From the NCBI GenBank assembly GCA_038746745.1, contig JBCDKJ010000016.1, positions 196 to 64,195 on the forward strand: DNA of 64,000 nt, read 5' to 3'. Each line of letters opens with the position of its first letter. Within the stretch, counting starts at the first letter, position 1. Source of the DNA: Pseudomonadota bacterium (lineage in GTDB: Bacteria > Pseudomonadota > Gammaproteobacteria > Pseudomonadales > Halieaceae). Positions 32,087 to 41,600 of the stretch are shown here, in pieces. The position numbers were made by a program, and so were the translations under genes. The notes under the pieces were generated by a model that was not told where the DNA came from, made no database searches, and saw nothing but the letters and a program-made list of their open reading frames with translations.

Positions 32087-32620
32087 GTGAACCGTTTGTG
32101 TAGAAATCTCATCTATGAGTTGTGTCAGTACAGCGGGGTATGCGGCCGTGTTCCTATCCTTCTTTTTACCTTATCTCTGCCGTTACAGGGATTTGCAGAG
32201 CACGGCAGACCGACGCCCCCGTTGATTAGCGTCTATGACATTGATCATGCAGTGGTGCGGGCTCTGTCTGAGAAAAATATGCCGCTGGCGTGTTTTTTGG
32301 CAACGACGGCAGAAGACCCGGATGGTCTGACACACCTTAATTTACTCAAAGGCGTATCAGCGTATTCCGGGATGCCCAACAAGGAGACCCTTGAGCTTGC
32401 GTTAAGCGGAACCGCGGACCGTGCGCTATTCCAGCCAACCTTGTCCGAGCTAAAGGAAGATACATATATTGAACTTAGCTGGCGTGGTCGCCTGATCAGC
32501 GACGACGTGGCAGAGGTCGTCTTTAAGACGGCTTTAATTGATGGCAAGGCAGAATTTCTGGAAACACTGTATCCGGACCAGATAATCCGCTTTAGCAGAA
32601 GTACTGACTCAGGAGGTTAG
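32087..32620 (+). CDS. Hypothetical secreted protein
   Basis: AGGAGG Shine-Dalgarno 7 nt before GTG 32087 and a hydrophobic N-terminal segment VPILLFTLSLPLQGFA. No family recognised. Confidence 0.65.
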   Translation: MNRLCRNLIYELCQYSGVCGRVPILLFTLSLPLQGFAEHGRPTPPLISVYDIDHAVVRALSEKNMPLACFLATTAEDPDGLTHLNLLKGVSAYSGMPNKETLELALSGTADRALFQPTLSELKEDTYIELSWRGRLISDDVAEVVFKTALIDGKAEFLETLYPDQIIRFSRSTDSGG

Positions 32621-32622
32621 CT

Positions 32623-33171
32623 ATGCGAAGTCTTTTAGGCATCCTGCTGTTGCTGCCTGCGCTATGTTCAGGGGCATTCGCGTCTGACAAATTTCGAGCG
32701 GGGGAAGCGAAGCACGCGCAGAATCTGGTAAAGCAATATTGGCTAGCTTCACTACAGCATGATGCGGAGCGCATTGTTGGGCTCATGTACGAGGGCGCGA
32801 TAAGCCTACGTGGCGGCCGCTCCGCCGCTGTAGAACAACTGGAGCATGCGTATCGGCTGCAAGATCGCTACGCAGTTCCCCCAAGCCAGATGGAGCTTGG
32901 TGAGGCCTCACTACTGGTTGACAAGGACACTCGCATTATCGTCCTGCCAGTCCGCACAACGGTACCGGGTTTCCCCAAAGACATGGTCGCTGACAGGTTT
33001 TTCGTGACGGTGAGTTTCGACGATGGGGAGAGCTGGGAAGTTATGTCGCCCAGCTGTATTAACCGCAGACTAATAACGCCAGAGGTGGCGCACTACGTTG
33101 CTGAATTCGCCAATGTCACCTTTATTCCCAGCGGCCTGGTGATCACCCCGGCGTTTGATAACCCAGAGTAA
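32623..33171 (+). CDS. Hypothetical secreted protein
   Basis: AGGAGG Shine-Dalgarno before ATG 32623, a clear signal peptide MRSLLGILLLLPALCSGAFA, and only a 2-nt gap after the preceding gene. Confidence 0.7.
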   Translation: MRSLLGILLLLPALCSGAFASDKFRAGEAKHAQNLVKQYWLASLQHDAERIVGLMYEGAISLRGGRSAAVEQLEHAYRLQDRYAVPPSQMELGEASLLVDKDTRIIVLPVRTTVPGFPKDMVADRFFVTVSFDDGESWEVMSPSCINRRLITPEVAHYVAEFANVTFIPSGLVITPAFDNPE

Positions 33172-33358
33172 CTGGCGTCGCCCTATAGCGACGATTTCAT
33201 GTTTCGACCGCCTATGACACACAGCTTTGGTATAGCGGGGCGCACCACTCCTCAGGGACAAAAAGACATATGCCTGTCCTTGTTGATGCTGAAGACGTGC
33301 AGTAAGGACGGCACGGGCTCATACCAGCATCGCGGATGATATAACCCACCCTCTAGTG

Positions 33359-33375
33359 GCAATGATAATCATTGC
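33359..33375. promoter_or_regulatory. Fur box upstream of the ECF sigma factor
   Basis: GCAATGATAATCATTGC is a perfect 8-1-8 palindrome. With flanks it matches the 19-bp Fur consensus at 14/19 positions. Confidence 0.55.
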
Positions 33376-33547
33376 TTTTTCTGGGGTAATGCTCTTTGAT
33401 TTCAATTACGTAAGGCGATTGTCTCAGAGGCAGTGTCATAGATGCTCCATTGGGATTTCGCCTCAAAAGTAAATCGCACAATCAGCTTGCTGCGTTAGCG
33501 TTACTCCGGGAGGAGGAACTTTGATAATACGAGAAGAACTTTGATGA

Positions 33548-34186
33548 GTGTTTATATTGCAGCCCAAAAATAAAGCGATCGGAGACAAGTTGAGCGCTTT
33601 AGTTGATATCGGCACTTTGGAGACCGGTAAGCCTGTCTCCGAGCGAGTAGACTCAGGTGCACACGATGATGTCGAAGCGCTGTATTCTAAATATGCGAAA
33701 ACGCTCATTTCATCGCTTCGCAAAGCCTATGGCTCAGGTCCACCCGATCCAGAGGACGTGGCACAGCTGGCTTTTCAAAGCCTTATAGAGCGACCTGATC
33801 GATCTGACATCCGCAATCTTAAGGCATTCCTGTGGCGTACTGCGCGCAACACATTCCTGAGCGCAACCGCGCGAGAACGCGTGCGCACACGCTACGACTA
33901 CGAGATTGAGCATCTTTATTTCCCCAACAGAGGAGACGATTCCGCGCCTGAGAGAGTCATACAGGTTAATCAGGAATTAGAGGCTATCAACGAAGCGCTT
34001 AGACAGATGCCTGAACGACGGCGCCACGCGTTTTTGCTGCACAAAGTCGAAGGACTATCGGTGACGGCCGTCGCGCGCCGTCTTGGAATAACCCGAACTC
34101 CTGCACAGAAGCACATTACGCGGGCCGCCCATGAAATAGAAGTGCATTTACTAAACAGAAAGCAAGGACAGCAATCGGATGTCTAA
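33548..34186 (+). CDS. ECF-type RNA polymerase sigma factor (FecI-like)
   Basis: Sigma-70 region 2 (PEDVAQLAFQSLIER...FLWRTARN) and region 4 (MPERRRHAFLLHKVEGLSVTAVARRLGITRTPAQKHITRA). The N-terminal extent is uncertain, since 212 aa is long for an ECF sigma. Confidence 0.88.
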   Translation: MFILQPKNKAIGDKLSALVDIGTLETGKPVSERVDSGAHDDVEALYSKYAKTLISSLRKAYGSGPPDPEDVAQLAFQSLIERPDRSDIRNLKAFLWRTARNTFLSATARERVRTRYDYEIEHLYFPNRGDDSAPERVIQVNQELEAINEALRQMPERRRHAFLLHKVEGLSVTAVARRLGITRTPAQKHITRAAHEIEVHLLNRKQGQQSDV

Positions 34187-35231
34187 GCAAGACGATTACA
34201 AAAGCCTTAGTAGCATCGCACATCAGTGGCGCGACGTGATCAGTCGGCCTGACGTGACAGCGGCGGAGCACAAGGCGTTTGAGGCCTGGATTTCAGAAGA
34301 CATAAGGCATGAGAGCGCCTTTGATCGTGCAGAAACATATTGGGCGGCGTTTGATCATCTCCAACCAGCAGACATTGATGCTGACCTTATGCCCCCTCAT
34401 GAGGGCAGGGCGCTGCGCCAATGGTTGGAACAGGCGCGCGCGTCGTTGGTGTCTTCTACAGCTCGCTATATCGCAAGTGCCTCAGTCGCAGCGTGTGTGT
34501 TTATGACCGTGATTTTCAATCAACAAGAGGTCGGGCCAGTGCCGCTAGTCGCGGAGTCAGCCGCCGCGAATTTCGAAACATCGGCGCTGGAGTCCAAACG
34601 GTTAATACTAGACGACGGCACAGAGGTGACGTTAGGCGCAAAAACACAGATCGATGTCGTGATGTCACTCGACGCCAGACAAGTTAGCCTGCGTGGCGGG
34701 GCAGCCTATTTTGATGTCGCTCATGACGAATCGCGGCCTTTCATAGTGACCGTAGGTGAGCTTTCGGTCACTGCACTTGGCACTGAGTTTGACGTGCGAA
34801 ACAACGGAGGCATGACGCGCGTTGCAGTCGCTCAGGGCCGTGTAGAGGTAGAGTATCCCTTTTTGATTGATGGTAAACGGACGGGTCTGTTTTCTCGCCA
34901 AACGCTGGATGTAGGACAACAAGTTGCAGCAAACCTGGGGTCAAGGCTGCGCAAGGTCACCGCCGCCGATCCCAAGGATATCGGCGCTTGGCGCAGAGAT
35001 GTTTTGGTTTACGACGAGGGCACAGTGGGCGAATTGGTGGCAGACCTTAATCGATATACGAATCGAGAAATTGTGCTGGACGCTAGCGCCTCTTCGCTAC
35101 ACGATCAGACGATAACGGCATCTTTTAACGCTACTAGAGTTGATCGAATCCTTTCCATGCTGGTTCTTTCCTATCCGCTTGAAATAGATAACAGTGAACC
35201 AACAGTGGTGCGTCTACGCTATTCGCCTTAG
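34179..35231 (+). CDS. FecR-family anti-sigma / transmembrane sensor
   Basis: 8-nt overlap with the sigma gene, N-terminal anti-sigma domain, one TM helix (ASASVAACVFMTVIF), and a periplasmic FecR domain (GGAAYFDVAHDESRPFIVTVGELSVTALGTEFDV). Confidence 0.9.
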   Translation: MSKQDDYKSLSSIAHQWRDVISRPDVTAAEHKAFEAWISEDIRHESAFDRAETYWAAFDHLQPADIDADLMPPHEGRALRQWLEQARASLVSSTARYIASASVAACVFMTVIFNQQEVGPVPLVAESAAANFETSALESKRLILDDGTEVTLGAKTQIDVVMSLDARQVSLRGGAAYFDVAHDESRPFIVTVGELSVTALGTEFDVRNNGGMTRVAVAQGRVEVEYPFLIDGKRTGLFSRQTLDVGQQVAANLGSRLRKVTAADPKDIGAWRRDVLVYDEGTVGELVADLNRYTNREIVLDASASSLHDQTITASFNATRVDRILSMLVLSYPLEIDNSEPTVVRLRYSP

Positions 35232-35363
35232 CCCAAGAAGGCCCAGTAACCAGTCAAAGTAGTTTTTACGTCTTGGCGGGAGTCATTTTGCACAAGCAAT
35301 GAGTCTTTAGCAGAAAGTTGCGAATGGTTTTTGTTCGCAACGCAGGCAACGAGGAGCTCATTG

Positions 35364-37832
35364 GTGAAATTGCAAAGGAAGGTGGTCAGGCTTACAAAAG
35401 CGTGGTTGTTTGCGTCTGTATGTATTCTGCAGATGTGGACACTACCGGGTGCGGCGCAAAATGATGGAGCGCCTTCGCCCCTTGCTCCCATCGACATTCC
35501 AGCGGGGCCGTTGCAAGACGCTATTCTAATTATTTCACAAGCCTTTGCGGTCGACGTGCTGCTGCCAGGAAATCTGGTACCTAATGCACCCGCGAAAGCT
35601 GTCATTCAGGCAAAAAGTCCCGAAGAGGCTCTTACTGCTGTGCTTCGGGGAACAGGCCTGACGTTCACGGTAACAGACGGGGCGTTTGTTATTGCGCGAG
35701 CTGCGCAAAGATCTGGAAAAAACATTGAAGAAGTCATCGTTATCGGCACCCCGCAATCGCGCTACATCGTCGATATTACCGACCCTTTGAGCGGTCTTGA
35801 CCTAAGTTTCCTCGAAAATCCGCGCAACGTGACGGTAATACCCGAACAGATCGTTCTTGACCGTAAAATTACCGATCTAAATGAAGCGCTTCGCAACGTG
35901 CCAAGCTTTTCCGAAGGTGATGGGGCAGGCGGCACAAATGACGATTTTTCGCTACGGGGCTTCCGGCGTAACTCCGTATACCGGAACGGGTTTCGCCGCG
36001 ACGCGGAGGTTCGCACCAATTTGACGAACGTTGCGCATACGCAGATCTCGCGTGGGCCAGCGACGATTCTGTATGGACAGGTAGAGCCGGGCGGCGCCGT
36101 CGATATTGTCACCAAAAAGCCGCTCGACGAGGCAAGGTTTGCGGGCGAGTTGCGGTACGGTGAGTTTGACGACTGGATGGGGCTAATTGACTGGTCGCAG
36201 CCTATTGGCGATGCAGCAGGTTTGAGGCTTGTGGCCTCCAGCCAAGACGCAGAGTCCTTTAGGGATTTTTACGATGTTGAGCGAGATAGCGTTGCACTTT
36301 CAGCCCGCGTTGACCTCACTCAGGGCACCCGCATCGATCTGAGCTACGAATGGCGCGAAGAAAAAAGACCTCTGGATCGGGGGAGCATCTCCGTACCAAC
36401 TGAGACGGGCCGACGTATTGTCAACGATTTTCTCGACGTGCCAATTAGCAGACGGTTCGGCGAACCTTTCGAAGTGTCCGAAACAGAGTTCGATCTATAC
36501 GAGGTAGCGATTACTCATCAGTTTAGTGATGCTTGGAGTCTAACTCTAGCAGGCGCCTATCAGGAATCTACGGGTTTCAATCTGCAGGCGCGCCCGCGCT
36601 CTGTATTGGTTTACGCGGCCGACGCGTCGATTACCGACAGTGGTTTTCTTACTGGAGTTGCAACCCCCAAAACCGTGTACAGTGAACCAAGTGATCGCGT
36701 TTTCCTTTCGCGTCAAATCGATGGCAGCTTTAATAGAAGCAGGGAAACGGTATTTGCCGATTTGCTAGTAAAGGGCCGGTTTTCAACAGGTAGCGTGGAT
36801 CACCGCATATCCTTTGGTGGCGACTATCGACAAGCCGACAACGCATCCCAGCGTTTCGTTGGCGCTACGAGCAATGGGATTACCGTGCCATTTTTTAACA
36901 TTGAGCAGCCTATCTATGGCTCCTTGCCGAATGATGTAGACGTCGAAGACACACCCTTCCAAGGTGCAGATCAGAAAGACAAAGGTGTATTTTTCAACGA
37001 TTACTTGGAGCTTAGTGACCGATTCGGGCTGTTACTGGGTATCCGCTATAGCGATACTGATGACGAGTTCTTCTTCGGCTCCCTTACTCCAGGTGGGACC
37101 AGCGCAAGTGGTTGGTCGCCACAAGCAGGGTTGAACTATCGGCTCCGCGACAATGTTTCGCTGTTTGCCTCTTATTCCGAGTCTTTCACGCCAAACCGAT
37201 TCATAACGCGAAATGACCGCCCGGTGCGCGCTGACCCGGAGATTGGTGAGCAAGTCGAGGCGGGAGTTAAAGCAGAATGGTTTGCTGGCAAGCTGCAAAC
37301 TTCTCTTTTGATCTACAGCATCGAGAAGATCAATGTAATCGTTGGTGAAGAGGCGAACGGCGACACCATCCTTGCGGATGGTCAAACCTCCGATGGACTT
37401 GAATTTTCAATGGTTGGTCAACCGCTGCAAGGTATGAATGTTACAGCGGCATATGCATACACGGACTCAGAACTGGATGACGGCAGACGACCCCGTAATG
37501 TTGCTGAACATACGGCGAGCCTTTATGTCTCTTATGAAGTACAGTCCGGAGCTTTACAACAATTAGGCGTAGCTGGCGGCGCGTATTATTCTGGAAATCG
37601 TTTTGGCGACGTCAACAATCCTTTTAACCTGGGAAGCTACGTAGTCACCGACCTATCGGCTTGGTACACCTTGCCTGCCCCGGCTTTTGTGCAGCGTGAT
37701 GGGACCGTTCGCCTGCAATTGGCTGTGAAGAACTTGTTTGATGAAGACTATTACGCAGCGGCAGGCAATACGCTGCGAATCAACATAGGGCCGCCGCGGA
37801 CATTTATAGCATCGGTTTCCTTTGACTTGTGA
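35364..37832 (+). CDS. TonB-dependent transducer (FecA-like siderophore receptor with N-terminal STN signalling domain)
   Basis: STN domain (IPAGPLQDAILIISQAFAVDVLL...ALTAVLRGTGLTFTV), then plug, then beta-barrel. GAGGAG Shine-Dalgarno at 35351-35356 precedes TTG 35361 / GTG 35364; the track start is 35331. Confidence 0.92.
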   Translation: MKLQRKVVRLTKAWLFASVCILQMWTLPGAAQNDGAPSPLAPIDIPAGPLQDAILIISQAFAVDVLLPGNLVPNAPAKAVIQAKSPEEALTAVLRGTGLTFTVTDGAFVIARAAQRSGKNIEEVIVIGTPQSRYIVDITDPLSGLDLSFLENPRNVTVIPEQIVLDRKITDLNEALRNVPSFSEGDGAGGTNDDFSLRGFRRNSVYRNGFRRDAEVRTNLTNVAHTQISRGPATILYGQVEPGGAVDIVTKKPLDEARFAGELRYGEFDDWMGLIDWSQPIGDAAGLRLVASSQDAESFRDFYDVERDSVALSARVDLTQGTRIDLSYEWREEKRPLDRGSISVPTETGRRIVNDFLDVPISRRFGEPFEVSETEFDLYEVAITHQFSDAWSLTLAGAYQESTGFNLQARPRSVLVYAADASITDSGFLTGVATPKTVYSEPSDRVFLSRQIDGSFNRSRETVFADLLVKGRFSTGSVDHRISFGGDYRQADNASQRFVGATSNGITVPFFNIEQPIYGSLPNDVDVEDTPFQGADQKDKGVFFNDYLELSDRFGLLLGIRYSDTDDEFFFGSLTPGGTSASGWSPQAGLNYRLRDNVSLFASYSESFTPNRFITRNDRPVRADPEIGEQVEAGVKAEWFAGKLQTSLLIYSIEKINVIVGEEANGDTILADGQTSDGLEFSMVGQPLQGMNVTAAYAYTDSELDDGRRPRNVAEHTASLYVSYEVQSGALQQLGVAGGAYYSGNRFGDVNNPFNLGSYVVTDLSAWYTLPAPAFVQRDGTVRLQLAVKNLFDEDYYAAAGNTLRINIGPPRTFIASVSFDL

Positions 37833-37962
37833 TGACGAGCTTCATGATGTGATTTGTCTCTCGCAAAAATGGTGGCTGCTCGGTGCAATTCGATTTGTCT
37901 TTAAGGTAAGCGTTGGCAGCGATAATCTGCCTGTATAATTCACGAATCCTCCAGGAAATGTC

Positions 37963-39927
37963 ATGAAGCCGAAAATTCGCCAGAAGGCTTTACTCCTCTT
38001 GTGCGCAGCCTTGTTTAGCGCTGAATTTGCTTTTGCACGAACAGACTTCGACGCGCAGGAAATTGAGGCGCTGGCAGATGAATACTTCAATGAGGCTCTG
38101 GCACAAAAGCGGATGACGGGCGCATCGGTAGGCTTTGTGCAGGATGGCGAGGTGGTTTTCCTGAAAGCTTACGGCTGGGAAGATCAGGCGAAATCGATTC
38201 CTTTAGACCCCCGGCGCACACGCTTCCGCATGTGTTCAACCTCAAAGACCGTCACCGCAACTGCGTTGATGCAGCTCGTGGAGCGCGGTCAAATCGAGTC
38301 ACTGGACGACCCGGTGAACCGCTATCTCAAGCGCTATCAACTGCCGCCTCCCTATGGCGACGATGTCTCGTTTCGCCAGTTGATGACGCACAGCTCGGGT
38401 ATGGCGGGTCACGCCACGCCTCAGGGGACAAAAAAGGATATGCCTGTCCCAGTTGCTGCTGAAGAAGTGCAGTGGATGTTCCGCGAAAACATCGAGCGTC
38501 CGCCGGGAGCGATTGGGCAATACGCCAACCTTGGCGTCGCGCTGGAAGGGGTCGCCATTGAAGACATCACTGGAACGTCTCTGGCGGTTTATATCGGAGA
38601 GGAGATTTTCGCCCCGCTGGGGATGAACTCAGCCCTATTTCATCACTCCCTGGAAAAGCCGCCGCATCTGGCACAACCCTATGCCATCTACCCAGATGGC
38701 TCTCTGCAAGAGATTCGGTTTTATCCGAAGCATCCGCTCACTGCGGCATCCGGCGGATTTATAACAACGACAGAAGACATGCTGAAATACGTCGCCTTCC
38801 ATGCCGACGAAAGCGCTACCGCATTTGCGGATGTGCTATCCAGCACCGGTAAACAAACGCTGCATGCACGTCATTTTGGACGTCACCCTTCGGATCCGGG
38901 CATGGGACTTCACTTCTACCGTGATTATTATGGCGACGAATTAATGGTGTCACATGGCTGTGGGTTGCCTGGAACCAGCAGCTTGATGGGGGTGCTGCCC
39001 CAGAGTAATGCCGGGTTCGCTATGACAGTCTTAAAGGCCAGCGTAACCCCCACGGTAGGTGACCTCCTCGCTAAGGTCATTGGGAAGGGGCGCCTTGTTG
39101 CAAATGGCCAAGGACCAGATGAAGAGGCGGAGGCTAGAGGCGCGTTTCTGCCCTCGGCGGTCCTGGGCGATAAGACGTTTCCACCCGCTGACTGGTCAGA
39201 CGTTCCCTCAGAAATGGTTAGCGATCACGCTAGCCTTCCCGGGACGTACTGGAGTGAACGACGAGCCTTCAAGTCCTACGCAAAGCTATTTGCCTTGTCG
39301 ACAACACAGGTGGCGCTTGGCAAAAGCGAGGGCGAATTGATTCTGAATGACCGCACTTATGTCCGTTTAGCGCCTGGTGTTTACGAGGACAGGGAAAAAC
39401 CAAACCGCATTTACTTCCAGCAGGCAGAGTCCGATGGGACTATTTACATGCAGCCTCATGTGAGCTTTGCGTTACAACGGGTGAGTGGCATTGCAAATCC
39501 GATTTTTAGCTTCTCGGGGCTGGCTCTAAGCCTTGTAGTGTCTTTTATGGGCGTGATCGCTTTAGCCTGGAGATGCGGTAAACCTGCGGAGCGGTATTCG
39601 CGATGGTTATCGGTTGCCATGGCGATGTCGGTTGTTTCGCTGTTGGTTGTTTTTCTGGCCGGCTATGAACGTATCGCAGACATAGCTTATATCGATTATT
39701 TAAACGGCGATACGACCCGCACCATTTTGCTTATTGCAGTATTTAACCTTCATTTTGCAGTAGGCTTGTGTGTGATTATCGCTGCTATCTTGGCATGGAA
39801 GGGCAGGCTCTTCGGCTCGGGCTGGAAAGCGACGGCGATAAGACTACACTTGAGTCTGTTAGCCCTCGCGGCTATCGCCGGATGGCCCGCTATGTTTATG
39901 CTCAATCTGATCGGCTTGCAGCAGTAG
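37963..39927 (+). CDS. Serine hydrolase (beta-lactamase/PBP4* fold) with a C-terminal 4-TM membrane anchor
   Basis: Signal peptide, SxxK motif CSTSKTVTA, and a beta-lactamase-family core. The last ~150 aa form four hydrophobic helices. Confidence 0.88.
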   Translation: MKPKIRQKALLLLCAALFSAEFAFARTDFDAQEIEALADEYFNEALAQKRMTGASVGFVQDGEVVFLKAYGWEDQAKSIPLDPRRTRFRMCSTSKTVTATALMQLVERGQIESLDDPVNRYLKRYQLPPPYGDDVSFRQLMTHSSGMAGHATPQGTKKDMPVPVAAEEVQWMFRENIERPPGAIGQYANLGVALEGVAIEDITGTSLAVYIGEEIFAPLGMNSALFHHSLEKPPHLAQPYAIYPDGSLQEIRFYPKHPLTAASGGFITTTEDMLKYVAFHADESATAFADVLSSTGKQTLHARHFGRHPSDPGMGLHFYRDYYGDELMVSHGCGLPGTSSLMGVLPQSNAGFAMTVLKASVTPTVGDLLAKVIGKGRLVANGQGPDEEAEARGAFLPSAVLGDKTFPPADWSDVPSEMVSDHASLPGTYWSERRAFKSYAKLFALSTTQVALGKSEGELILNDRTYVRLAPGVYEDREKPNRIYFQQAESDGTIYMQPHVSFALQRVSGIANPIFSFSGLALSLVVSFMGVIALAWRCGKPAERYSRWLSVAMAMSVVSLLVVFLAGYERIADIAYIDYLNGDTTRTILLIAVFNLHFAVGLCVIIAAILAWKGRLFGSGWKATAIRLHLSLLALAAIAGWPAMFMLNLIGLQQ

Positions 39928-39953
39928 CTACCTTCGACGCAGAGAGGTTTTCG

Positions 39954-40592
39954 TCAGTCGCCGCCCCAGCCCAGGCCTTCGCCAAAATTGTGACGGTGAA
40001 CGGGTAGGATTTTCGGGCGGTTCATAATGCGCTCAGCCAGGCTGATAATTTTGGGGCAGACCGCGCTGATTGCGTCCAGCTCCTCGAACCAGTTAATGAA
40101 CATCCACAGGTAAATATCCAGGATGGTCGGCGTATCTCCGAAGAAGTAAAGGCCATCACTGCAGGCATCTTCCAGGATCTTGTAGTTATCCATCACGAAC
40201 GTCTCCGCAGCTTCCTCCACAGACTGCGGGTCGCCCGTCACGTAGCGGTGGGGGTAGTTTTTACGCAGCTCTCCTTCATAGATATTGGCCAGCGTAAAGC
40301 TCATCCACTGATCGAGCCTGGCGCGTGGCAGCGAGCCGGCCGCCGGCGCCAGGCCCGAGTCCGTGTGGGTATCGGCCAGGTGCATAAGGATGGCCATGGT
40401 TTCGGTAAGACACGAGCCGTCATCAAGTACCAGCGCCGGTATCTGTCGGCGTGGATTGATTCTGACAAAATCAGGGTCGACGATACCGTGCTCGGTATAA
40501 TCCACCTGGATGCGCTCAAACGGGACATCGAGTTCAGCCAGTGTGGCCTCCACGCAGGCCGATCCTGAGCCAGGATTTGCATAGACTTTCAT
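39954..40592 (-). CDS. Glutathione S-transferase family protein
   Basis: Thioredoxin-like N-domain (MKVYANPGSGSACVEATLAELDVPFERIQVD...IPALVLDDGSCLTETMAILMHLAD). Start taken at ATG 40592. Confidence 0.85.
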   Translation of the reverse strand: MKVYANPGSGSACVEATLAELDVPFERIQVDYTEHGIVDPDFVRINPRRQIPALVLDDGSCLTETMAILMHLADTHTDSGLAPAAGSLPRARLDQWMSFTLANIYEGELRKNYPHRYVTGDPQSVEEAAETFVMDNYKILEDACSDGLYFFGDTPTILDIYLWMFINWFEELDAISAVCPKIISLAERIMNRPKILPVHRHNFGEGLGWGGD

Positions 40593-40679
40593 GGTGCGCG
40601 CCTTGGTATTTTCATGCGTCAAATTAGCGGAGTTTCATGTCAAAGCCTATAGTCTGCTGAGGCTTTCACTGTCTGCAAT

Positions 40680-41135
40680 ATGATGACCTGGCGGAAACGG
40701 AATTCATGGATAGCTTTGGTGGCTTTGCTTCTCACTGGCAGCGCGCAGGCCGACTGCCTGCGTGACGCAGGGCGCATCGAAACAATTTGTGGCGCCGGTC
40801 CCTGCGTCCGCGATCGTTACGGCGAGGTCTACTGCGCGCCCCACATAGACGGCAGTGCACAGTTAGACAGAAGAGGTCTGGCTGTTTGCGCTGCAGGCCA
40901 GTGCGCTCGCGATATCAAGGACACCATTCTCTGCTCATCTCAGCCAGGGGGCGCGGTGCTGCGCAACACCTACGGTGATATCGATTGCTTTGGTGGTTGC
41001 GCGGAAGCAACGACCGCGCAGTGCCAGCGCGAGATTACAGGGCCGCGCAATCAAGACGGCAGTCTTCAGACCACACCCGGTCAGCCGCCCACAGGGCTGG
41101 AGGGCTATCTTCCGCCAGGGCGTTCAACTCGATAG
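40680..41135 (+). CDS. Hypothetical secreted cysteine-repeat protein
   Basis: Signal peptide ...LLLTGSAQA, 10 Cys in the mature part, two exact C-x4-C-x9-C modules, and a Pro/Gly-rich tail. No strong Shine-Dalgarno. Confidence 0.6.
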   Translation: MMTWRKRNSWIALVALLLTGSAQADCLRDAGRIETICGAGPCVRDRYGEVYCAPHIDGSAQLDRRGLAVCAAGQCARDIKDTILCSSQPGGAVLRNTYGDIDCFGGCAEATTAQCQREITGPRNQDGSLQTTPGQPPTGLEGYLPPGRSTR

Positions 41136-41189
41136 CAAACGACCATGCCAGTTTCTCTCAGCAATGCAGTGGAGCTAGCTAGTTCTGCG

Positions 41190-41600
41190 CTATTGTTTAG
41201 GTTCTACGAAGACGTTGAGCGAGTAATCTACAAGTTCGAAGCCTGCTTTGCGCGCAATGTCCTGAGCACGCTTGGTGATATTGGCGCTCTCGAATTCCGT
41301 GATATTCCCCGTATCTCTTTCAACGAAATGGCAATGGTGACCTGTGGCTCGTGTCTCATATCGAGCGATGGAATCTCCAAAGTCACGGCGAGTAATAAGT
41401 TCGTGTTTCTCGAACTCCGACAGAATGCGGTAAACGGAACTCAGCGCCACCACCGTGCCTGAGAGTTCGTTGGCCATGCGCTGAATGCCCTGCGCATCGG
41501 GATGGTCTCGCGCGCTCTGTAACACATCATAGACGCAGAGCCTCTGCGGTGTGATGCGCAGGCCCGCCTCTCGAAGTGTCCGAATATGCTCTGTCTTCAA
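41190..41600 (-). CDS. Fur-family transcriptional regulator (paralog without a CxxC structural zinc site)
   Basis: Winged-helix N-domain (GLRITPQRLCVYDVL...SSVYRILSEFEKHELI), metal motif GHHCHFVE, and C-terminal GFELVDYSLNVFV. TTG start with an AGGAG Shine-Dalgarno upstream. Confidence 0.88.
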   Translation of the reverse strand: MKTEHIRTLREAGLRITPQRLCVYDVLQSARDHPDAQGIQRMANELSGTVVALSSVYRILSEFEKHELITRRDFGDSIARYETRATGHHCHFVERDTGNITEFESANITKRAQDIARKAGFELVDYSLNVFVEPKQ

